From: Myxococcota bacterium
GTDB lineage: Bacteria > Myxococcota > UBA4151
DNA: 28,898 nt
Reading direction: 5' to 3'
Assembly: GCA_036338695.1 (NCBI GenBank)
Contig: JAYZBQ010000035.1
Location: forward strand, 1-28,898
Positions 8,240-15,700 of the stretch are shown here, in pieces; position 1 is the stretch's first letter; every line of letters begins with the position of its first letter. Below the pieces are notes generated by a model, which saw nothing but the letters and a program-made list of their open reading frames with translations, ran no database searches and was not told the origin of the DNA. The position numbers were made by a program, and so were the translations under genes.

Positions 8240-10362
8240 GGGGTCGCCTCGAGCGCGTCGAGGACGTCTTGACTGAGGCGCTCACGAAGCTGCTCGGAAG
8301 CGGCTTTTGAGCCTGAATAGTAGTGGCTGTCTGCGCCTTTCGCAGCCTCCACGATGCGCCGCTCGATGGCGGGCAGCCCCTTCGCCTCTAAGAAGGCGTC
8401 CCAGATTTGACCGTCTCGGCCGCCGGAGTCGGTGTAGAGGCTGTGGCTCGCAAACACCAAGGCGTTTAGGCGATTCCGCAGAGGGTCTCCCTCGTCGCCC
8501 TGCACAAAGCGGGCAAACTCATAGGACGCCGCCGCTCGCAGCGCCTCCTCGGAGGCGTGCGCATGGTGCGCATTCATCTTCATGGTGATGCTCGGTCGAC
8601 CATGAAGCTCGCCGTGCTCGAAGCGAAATAGGCGGGTCTCGCCGGGCGCCGGATCAAAAAGACCCGCTGGCGTGACTCGGCCGTCTTTGGTGACGCCCGC
8701 AAGCTCTTGCGAGTAGCAGCCTAGGCGCGTGACGGTCATCGCAGCGAAGTGCGCTTTGGTTCCATCGAGCGTTGCAGCTGGGCGACCTTTGATCGCCTCA
8801 AAGTCGCGCGCTGCGTCGGTCTCGGGAGCGAAGCTGTTAAAGTCCACGACGCGGTCGAGGATGTCGGCCTGGCCGTCATGGTCTCGGTCCAGCACGCGCC
8901 GCCTCACGATCTCGTCGCCAGGGAAGATAAAGTTGTTGTCCACCCCATTGCTGGCGTGTGTCCCACCCCAGGGGTTGTTGAGGCGAACACCCTCCGCAAT
9001 TTCGCTGTAGGGGGCTCGGTTGGCGATGCCCTCGAAGGTCGTCAAGATGGCGTTGATGCCTTCCGACTCCGCCTCTCGCGTCGCCGAGCCTGGGATGAAA
9101 TAGCTCGAGTTGTGGGTCGTGACGAGGTCGGCGCCCGGGAACTTGTCTTTGACCTGCTGCATCTCGCCTTTACCCACGCAGAGGTCTGCTAAGATCAGCT
9201 TGCCCTCGCCGCCGTTTGCGTGTGCGACCTCTTTGAGGCTGTCGCGCATGTTGCGCCCCCAGTTGGAGTGACCGGTGTAGATCACCATGTCCGTGTCGGG
9301 GTCGTCGACTCGCTTGAACATGTCGGTGCGGAACGGGCGGATGCGCACCTGAAACGTGGTTTCTTGACCATCTCGTACATAGGTTTTTTCGAGCAGCGTT
9401 CCGCCAGCGTCCATCCCCTTGTCGGTGAAGCCCTCTTTGATCAGCCGTTTTTTGTCATCGTTTAGGCTCTCGGGACCGGCGCTCCAGTCGACGGTGACGG
9501 TCTGGTCGTCACCTCGAAACCAGGCGTCATAGGGCGGGGACTCCGAGCGGACCGCGGCGAGGCGCTCACCGATCATGGGGTGGAGGTCACGCGGAAAGGT
9601 GTGAGCGAGTCGGCGTAAGTTCCACCCCATACTGTCTCGAAGGATGGGGTTGGTCTCTGCCTCCATCGTCTGGATGTAGGTACTCAGCCCTTCGGTGCGG
9701 ATCGTTGAGTCGGTTCCTTTGGCGCTGATCAGCTCGAGCAAAACCGTGCTCGCCGAGCTGCGCAGCTGGAGCGTCTGGCGCGCGTCAAGATCGGGCGCTT
9801 GCGTGCCGGTGCGGGCCTTCGAGAGGTCCGTCTCTAAGTTGGTGAGCAGCGCACGGCGCTGAGCGCTCGTGAGCGCCATGGCGTCGACCGCGTTGCCCGG
9901 CGCATCATCGATCAGCGTGGCTGCAGCGTAGAGCCCCGCACCGATCTGGTGGGTCGTCTCCGGCTTGACGCCCAGCTCGGCGCTGAAGCGCCCGCCGCTG
10001 AAGGACACGGGTCTGCGAGCGCCTGTGGCGTCGAGGTTGACCCCGGGCAGAGCCGTCGCAACGTGGTCCGTGGCTTCGGTGTGAAGATCCGAGGTCCTCA
10101 CCATCACGGCGGCTGTCGCCCCAGCCAGGCGGTCGGCGACCTTGAGTCCGGCGACCTCTGGGTTGGCGAGCGCACGACGCAGCGCCTCCGAGTCCTGTGC
10201 GCTGAGCGCGCTCGACGGGATCCGGACGACGCCGTCAAATCCATCGAGGCCGAGGTCGACGAAGCCGTCGCTGGCTGCGCTAGGCTCGCGGGTACGTTGT
10301 GCGTCCAGGGTGACGGTGCGACGGGTCGCAGGGTCGGTGAAGGTCAGGCGAAGGTTTGCCAT
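8236..10362 (-). CDS. Large hypothetical protein (about 708 aa) with possible caspase/gingipain-fold His-Cys dyad and a DxDxDG motif
   Basis: Long ORF with coding-like composition. GGAG precedes ATG 10362. Contains MVIYTGHS, LILADLC and DRDHDGQAD. No Sec signal. Confidence 0.8.
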   Translation of the reverse strand: MANLRLTFTDPATRRTVTLDAQRTREPSAASDGFVDLGLDGFDGVVRIPSSALSAQDSEALRRALANPEVAGLKVADRLAGATAAVMVRTSDLHTEATDHVATALPGVNLDATGARRPVSFSGGRFSAELGVKPETTHQIGAGLYAAATLIDDAPGNAVDAMALTSAQRRALLTNLETDLSKARTGTQAPDLDARQTLQLRSSASTVLLELISAKGTDSTIRTEGLSTYIQTMEAETNPILRDSMGWNLRRLAHTFPRDLHPMIGERLAAVRSESPPYDAWFRGDDQTVTVDWSAGPESLNDDKKRLIKEGFTDKGMDAGGTLLEKTYVRDGQETTFQVRIRPFRTDMFKRVDDPDTDMVIYTGHSNWGRNMRDSLKEVAHANGGEGKLILADLCVGKGEMQQVKDKFPGADLVTTHNSSYFIPGSATREAESEGINAILTTFEGIANRAPYSEIAEGVRLNNPWGGTHASNGVDNNFIFPGDEIVRRRVLDRDHDGQADILDRVVDFNSFAPETDAARDFEAIKGRPAATLDGTKAHFAAMTVTRLGCYSQELAGVTKDGRVTPAGLFDPAPGETRLFRFEHGELHGRPSITMKMNAHHAHASEEALRAAASYEFARFVQGDEGDPLRNRLNALVFASHSLYTDSGGRDGQIWDAFLEAKGLPAIERRIVEAAKGADSHYYSGSKAASEQLRERLSQDVLDALEATP

Positions 10363-10457
10363 GGGGTGCTCCATCCGAGCTGCCGGCTCGGAGGGGCAAT
10401 CTGCGCTCTTGAGCCCGCCGGATCAACCCGGCTTGGGATGCGGGGTGGGGGCGAGCC

Positions 10458-12011
10458 CTAGTACCGCCCATCGTGGCGCGTGCCCAGATAGCCGCCCCAG
10501 GCGATACGCTGAGGCACTCGACCGCCGAGGTTGTAGCGCACCAGGCGGCTCACCGAGATGCTGTTCGTCGTCGCGTACCACTCAAGGTAGCCGTCCCCGT
10601 CGGCGTCACCGACCCAGCCGGCTGAACCGATCAATCCCTCTTGCTCTCCGAGTACCTCCACGCGCTCCTCATCGACGTGGAGAATCGATAAGGTACTCCA
10701 GTTTGGGTCCATCGGGTTCGTCGGTACGGAAGAGCGTGCAAAGAGCACCTCATCGACTTGGTCGCCGTCGAGGTCGACTGCGAGCGATGTCCCCACCAGG
10801 ACTTCGCTGTCGTCGATATTCTCGTAGACTTTGGCGCCCGTGCGGCCGTCATAGACCGTTATGTCCGACCCCGTCCAAACCGGAAAGATGCCGTGAACGC
10901 GTGTCGCCACCACGTCGAGGTCACCGTCCCCGTCGAAGTCACCGATGATCGGGCTCGCTGCGGTCTCTTGGCGAGTCGGTGCCGCGTGCTCCCAGAGCAC
11001 CTCGCCGGTTGCACCCGAGAAGGCCACCACGCGCCCGTCATACGGTACGACGACCATCTCGAGCGCGCCGTCACCGTCGAGGTCAGCGTAAGCCGGCGGT
11101 GCGATGCAGCCGTAGTCGGCCACAGGCGCGACGAGCTCTCTCTGCCCCTCCAAATTCCCAGCGAGCACACTCTCAAGCGGCACTTCGAACAGGCTCCCCG
11201 GGAGCGTCTCTCCGCCGGTGCCGTAGACGACGTACGGGACCCCTTGTCGTGTCCACAGCGTCGGCGAAGAGTAAGTCTCCGCCGCCTCGGGTACAGGCAG
11301 TCGGTGAATCACAGACAGGTCGGCACCGCTGAGCACCTCGAGCCACCCTGGTGGGCGCGGGTCGCCGATATCAGCGTAATCGTCTCCGCCGTTGGTGACG
11401 AGGAACTCGCCGATGCCGTCCGCGTTGATGTCGCGCACCTCCATGCCCGTGTAGTAGTTCCAGACGCCAGCTTCTCGGGATGCGTCGTAGTAGGGCTCGG
11501 CTTGGAATCGCATCTCACCGCGCTCGACGTCCACCGCCATCAGCACGCCGCGCTTACCGCCAAACAGATAGAGGTTGTCCTGATCGCCGCGCGGTTGAAC
11601 CGGGACCGCCACCGTGAAGAGCTCAGCGTCACGATCGATCTGCCACTCGACCTCCCCGCTGATGGCGTTGACGCTCATGGCGCCGCCGATCACCGCCCCC
11701 GGGTCGCGGTTGCCGAACACAGCGCCGAAGGTCAGTAAGAGCTCAGGGCCGTCCTCTGACTCGAACAGGCGCGGTGACCCGTACGACGTGTTGGGTAGGT
11801 CAAGGGTCCAGGCCAGTTCCCGCTCGGGCGGCGCGCCGGCGTCCACCGGTGCACCGCTGTCCACAATACCAGCATCGGCTGTACCCGCATCCGCCGCTGT
11901 GGCGTCTGGCGCGATCACGCCCGCGTCGGCGCTCGGAGCGTCCTCCGTGCACGCAGCAGCCAAAGCACAGGCCGCAAGCGTGCAGAGGATGTGGCGATCA
12001 AGGCGTGCCAT
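10458..12011 (-). CDS. FG-GAP/VCBS-repeat beta-propeller lipoprotein
   Basis: Lipobox LAAA-C and DAG-rich tether. Repeated Ca-binding loops DINADG, DLDGDG, DFDGDG, DLDGDQ and DADGDG, plus PQQ-like G...W blades. Confidence 0.85.
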   Translation of the reverse strand: MARLDRHILCTLAACALAAACTEDAPSADAGVIAPDATAADAGTADAGIVDSGAPVDAGAPPERELAWTLDLPNTSYGSPRLFESEDGPELLLTFGAVFGNRDPGAVIGGAMSVNAISGEVEWQIDRDAELFTVAVPVQPRGDQDNLYLFGGKRGVLMAVDVERGEMRFQAEPYYDASREAGVWNYYTGMEVRDINADGIGEFLVTNGGDDYADIGDPRPPGWLEVLSGADLSVIHRLPVPEAAETYSSPTLWTRQGVPYVVYGTGGETLPGSLFEVPLESVLAGNLEGQRELVAPVADYGCIAPPAYADLDGDGALEMVVVPYDGRVVAFSGATGEVLWEHAAPTRQETAASPIIGDFDGDGDLDVVATRVHGIFPVWTGSDITVYDGRTGAKVYENIDDSEVLVGTSLAVDLDGDQVDEVLFARSSVPTNPMDPNWSTLSILHVDEERVEVLGEQEGLIGSAGWVGDADGDGYLEWYATTNSISVSRLVRYNLGGRVPQRIAWGGYLGTRHDGRY

Positions 12012-12069
12012 TATCGGCCCCTCCTACAAATTATCCAATGGTGTACGGATAACACACAAAGAGGTGGTT

Positions 12070-12089
12070 TGCTTCCCCAAGGGGAAGCA
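12070..12089. terminator. Inverted repeat downstream of the RRM gene, possible terminator or stability hairpin
   Basis: TGCTTCCCC-AA-GGGGAAGCA (9-bp arms) about 30 nt after the stop. No clear U-tract follows it on the minus strand. Confidence 0.4.
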
Positions 12090-12118
12090 CGATATGTCAC
12101 GAAGTTGTGATGGGGAGA

Positions 12119-12406
12119 CTAGTCTCGGCGGAAGCCGCCGCCACCGCCCCCACGGCTCGGTCGCTCGGTCGCCGTGTCGACGCGAATCGCTCGGCCGTCG
12201 AGCTCGGAGTTGTTCAACTCTTCACGCGCCTTGGCTGCCGTCTCTGCGTCGGCGAAGGTTACGAACCCAAAGCCTCGGGAGCGACCGGTCTCACGTTCCA
12301 TGATGACCTTAGCGTCCGTGACGTCGCCGCACTGTGCGAAGTGATCTCGAAGCGAGTCGTCACGGGTGGCCCATGCCAGTCCGCCTACAAATAGTTTGGT
12401 GCTCAT
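12119..12406 (-). CDS. RRM (RNP-1) RNA-binding protein with glycine-rich tail, 95 aa
   Basis: RNP2 LFVGGL, RNP1 RGFGFVTF, LDGRAIRV and tail RGGGGGGFRRD. Start moved to ATG 12406. Confidence 0.95.
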   Translation of the reverse strand: MSTKLFVGGLAWATRDDSLRDHFAQCGDVTDAKVIMERETGRSRGFGFVTFADAETAAKAREELNNSELDGRAIRVDTATERPSRGGGGGGFRRD

Positions 12407-12609
12407 AACCCATCCTGTTGTGTCTCGTGACACGATCAATGGCGTCGCTCCTACGCGACACCGTGAGATTCCTAGATTCAAAATAAGGGGTTGTCTCGTT
12501 TTTTCTAGTCACCGGCGTCGTTTTGTTTCGCACGCGGTGTGGGCGGCGCGTTGCGACCAACAGCCGCAGGCCGTAGCCAAGGGGCAGACTTCTGGGCTAG
12601 GCGACGACC

Positions 12610-13479
12610 ATGAGCGCCGATAAACTGGCTCCTTTGAGCATCTATTTTGAGGACAATTTAGCGCTCCTCGAGCGTCTCGAGCCGGCGTCGTTTCGCTTGA
12701 TCTACATTGACCCGCCCTTCAACACCGGCCGGGCGCAGCGCCGGAAGCGGATCCGCACCGTCGCCGACGCGTCGGGCGGTGACCGGCTCGGATTCTCAGG
12801 GCGCTCGTATCGCAGCGAGGTCGTCTCGCAGGCGAGCTATCAAGACCGTTTCACGGACTTTGCCGGCTTTATTCGGCCGCGCTTGGAGCAGGCACACCGC
12901 CTGCTCACCGACGACGGCGCGCTCGTGTTTCATATCGACTATCGGGAGGCGCATTACTGCAAGGTCATGCTCGATGAGCTCTTCGGGCGTGACGCCTTCC
13001 TCAACGAGATCATCTGGGCTTACGACTACGGTGCTCGCTCCAAACGGCGTTGGTCGGCCAAGCACGACACCCTCTTCATCTATGTCAAAGACCCCAAAAA
13101 CTACGTCTTTAATTTCGAGGCGATGGATCGGATCCCCTACATGGCGCCGGGGCTCGTTACACCTGAGAAGGCAAAGCGAGGTAAGACACCGACCGACGTG
13201 TGGTGGCATACCATCGTGCCGACCAATGGGGCTGAACGCACCGGCTATCCGACCCAAAAACCCTTGGGTATTCTTCGGCGGTTGATCGCCGTGCACAGCG
13301 AGCCCGGCGATCACGTTTTAGACTTCTTCGCCGGCAGCGGGACGACCGGCGAGGCTGCGCTGGAGCTGGGGCGACGCTGCACACTCGTCGACCAGAACCC
13401 TCAAGCCGTCGAGGTGATGCTCAGGCGGCTCGAGCGCTATCAGCCGGTGGTCTATGGTTGGGATGCTGCGACGCGCTGA
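12610..13479 (+). CDS. Site-specific DNA amino-methyltransferase (N6A/N4C, beta-class motif order), apparently orphan
   Basis: Catalytic LIYIDPPFN precedes the SAM-binding LDFFAGSGTTG. Also NEIIWAY, PTDVW and YPTQKP. Confidence 0.92.
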   Translation: MSADKLAPLSIYFEDNLALLERLEPASFRLIYIDPPFNTGRAQRRKRIRTVADASGGDRLGFSGRSYRSEVVSQASYQDRFTDFAGFIRPRLEQAHRLLTDDGALVFHIDYREAHYCKVMLDELFGRDAFLNEIIWAYDYGARSKRRWSAKHDTLFIYVKDPKNYVFNFEAMDRIPYMAPGLVTPEKAKRGKTPTDVWWHTIVPTNGAERTGYPTQKPLGILRRLIAVHSEPGDHVLDFFAGSGTTGEAALELGRRCTLVDQNPQAVEVMLRRLERYQPVVYGWDAATR

Positions 13480-14670
13480 TCAGCTGGGGTTGGCCTTACC
13501 TTGGTAGGCGAACCAGTCATGCCGTACCTTCTCGATTTTGGCGCGTACGGCGTCTGGGTCGGCGCCAAACTGAGCCAGGTAGTCGGGTAGCTGCCGGGCG
13601 ATGACCTCCTGCCCGAGCGCAAGCCCGGCCCGGTTGTCGGTGTCGTAGTGGACGCCGGCGGCGCTGCGAAAGGTCGCGACGGCAAAGTCCATCTTCTGCG
13701 CCTCAGCGATCTGCTCCGGGGATAGGTCCATGAGCACAGCCATGTAGAGCGAGGCGCTCGACGCGGCAGAGTGCATCGCTGGCCAGCTGGGGTGCCGCGG
13801 TGAGCCCTCTTTGTAAGCGGTGAAGTCCTCTGGTTTGGTCAGTTTGAGCGCAGCGATCTTGTCTTTGATCTCCTGCGGCGCATCGAGCTCACCCGTGTGG
13901 ACCGCCCAGGCGACCGATTCGGGGCGGGCGCGACCTTCCGACCATTTGCACGCAAAGGCGGACGGAGAGACCTCCGAGACCGCCCAGCCGATGGTCCTTG
14001 AGAGGAGGACTGTGCTGTTGACGAAGTCGGCTTGCGTGCGCTGCGGTACGATGGAGGCGTCCATCTTGGCACCCTCGGATAAGAACTGCTCGGCTAGCGC
14101 CGAGGGCCACTTGCTCGGGAAGTCGGCCCGGACGGCCTGCGCGGCTTCATCCATCGAATAGCCCTCAAAGACCTTCGGTACATCGAGCATTTGGCTGGCT
14201 TGCCCGCCCGCACGCCGCGCCACCTGAAGGTCGATGATCTCTTCGAACTCGCCCCAGAAACCCTCGTCACCGGGGTGCGTGGGTTTGGGCAGGAAGTCGG
14301 CGTGCACGTGCACCTGCGGATCGCTCGGAAGGACGGGGCTCACGGCGTTGCAGTTGCGCAGTTTGAGCGCCTGGTCGGGCGTCAGCGGGAAGGTCACTGG
14401 GGGGCCGTCATATTTGTCGAAACGAAAGGTCGACGGGTCTTTGACCGTCTTCGGCTGGTCGATCTGGAGCGAGATGGCGTTTAACCCGGTGCGATTCGAT
14501 GAGGCGGCGCCCACGCCGCTGTCGGGCGTAAACCCTTGTGGGCGCTCTGGACCGGCGAGCGTTTGGGGCGCAACATCCGCTGCGGCGGACTTCGCCGCCT
14601 TCGCAGAGGTACCGTCGACGTTGGTGAGCGCCGTGTTGATACGTGGGGTGATGCCTTTGATGGATGACAT
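13480..14670 (-). CDS. Vanadium-dependent haloperoxidase-like / PAP2-superfamily protein with variant active site
   Basis: Three PAP2/VHPO motifs in order: KWSEGRARPE, EGSPRHPSWPAMHS and RSAAGVHYDTD. AAAGGA RBS precedes ATG 14670. Confidence 0.75.
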   Translation of the reverse strand: MSSIKGITPRINTALTNVDGTSAKAAKSAAADVAPQTLAGPERPQGFTPDSGVGAASSNRTGLNAISLQIDQPKTVKDPSTFRFDKYDGPPVTFPLTPDQALKLRNCNAVSPVLPSDPQVHVHADFLPKPTHPGDEGFWGEFEEIIDLQVARRAGGQASQMLDVPKVFEGYSMDEAAQAVRADFPSKWPSALAEQFLSEGAKMDASIVPQRTQADFVNSTVLLSRTIGWAVSEVSPSAFACKWSEGRARPESVAWAVHTGELDAPQEIKDKIAALKLTKPEDFTAYKEGSPRHPSWPAMHSAASSASLYMAVLMDLSPEQIAEAQKMDFAVATFRSAAGVHYDTDNRAGLALGQEVIARQLPDYLAQFGADPDAVRAKIEKVRHDWFAYQGKANPS

Positions 14671-14890
14671 GATCGGTCCTTTCGTCATCGCCAAACGCGA
14701 TGAGTGGGTCGTTGGTCTTATCGAACACGGCGCACGCCCGTAGCAAGTGAGCCGATGAATGACCGATAAAACGCAACCGGGGCAACGCGCGAGCGAAGGC
14801 CTAGGATCTGCTGATCGCTCGCTCGTGACAACGGCCTTCACCTTGCGCTTCAACGCGTCGCATGAACAGGTAGGTGCGGAGGGCGATGCG

Positions 14891-15700
14891 GTGAGATCCG
14901 GCGCAGCGTTACGGCAGCTCGTGACCTATCCCTTGAAATCTGGCGCCGGCATCGGCGCAGCGCATGCCGAGCTGACACGGCGTGGGCTTCAAGACGATCG
15001 GCGCTGGATGGTCGTCGACGCACAGGGCGAATTTCTCACTGCGCGGCGCATAGGCCGCCTGCTCAGCGTACGCGCCGAGCCGCTTGAGGGGGGCGCGCTC
15101 AGATTAAGTGCTCCGGATCATCTAAGCCCTTTGGTCGCTTCGCCGGACCTGGATCGAGCGCCCATTCAGGTGACGGTTTGGAAGGATCGCTGCGCAGCGC
15201 ATGACCTTGGCGACGCAAGCGCCGACTGGATGAGCCGTCTGCTGGGGCAGCCCTGCCGCGTGGTCTGGATGCCGGAGGCGACTCAGCGCGCCGTGTCGGG
15301 GTCGCAGGCACATTCAGGAGACATCGTCAGCTTCGCCGACGGATTTCCGATACTTTTGACCACTGAGGAGAGCCTTCGAGCCGTCAGCGATGGATTAGCT
15401 GAGCCGGTCCCGATGGCCTGCTTTCGACCCAATATCGTGATCGCGGGTTATGAAGCCTTCGCTGAGCGGAGATGGTCGTCTGTCCGTATCGGGGCGCTCG
15501 AGTTTGATGTGGCCGGCCCGTGCGTTCGCTGTCAGATGACGGTCCGCCATCCGGCGACGGGCGCGCGGCGCACCGACGGCCAGCCGCTGGCGCGGCTCGC
15601 CGAGCTTCAGGCGACGCGCGAGGGTGTCGTCTTTGGGGTCAACTTGATCCCTCGTCAGCTTGGGACGCTGAGGGTCGGAGACCCGGTGTTGGTGAGCTAG
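14891..15700 (+). CDS. MOSC-domain protein (YcbX/mARC-like, MOSC_N + MOSC)
   Basis: YPLKS, DRRWMVVD, FADGFP, FRPNIV, PCVRC and FGVN. GTG 14891 follows GGAGG. Confidence 0.9.
   Translation: MRSGAALRQLVTYPLKSGAGIGAAHAELTRRGLQDDRRWMVVDAQGEFLTARRIGRLLSVRAEPLEGGALRLSAPDHLSPLVASPDLDRAPIQVTVWKDRCAAHDLGDASADWMSRLLGQPCRVVWMPEATQRAVSGSQAHSGDIVSFADGFPILLTTEESLRAVSDGLAEPVPMACFRPNIVIAGYEAFAERRWSSVRIGALEFDVAGPCVRCQMTVRHPATGARRTDGQPLARLAELQATREGVVFGVNLIPRQLGTLRVGDPVLVS

Noticed and set aside
12102..12115. Reverse-strand match CCCCATCACAAC to the marR-hppD spacer (24018-24029)
   Set aside because: A 12-bp match is expected by chance in 29 kb, and it lacks the full inverted repeat.
8236..14670. Possible defence island around the methyltransferase and the His/Cys protein
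   Set aside because: No nuclease, ATPase/NTPase, toxin-antitoxin, integrase or compositional shift is evident, and the genes are not arranged as one operon.
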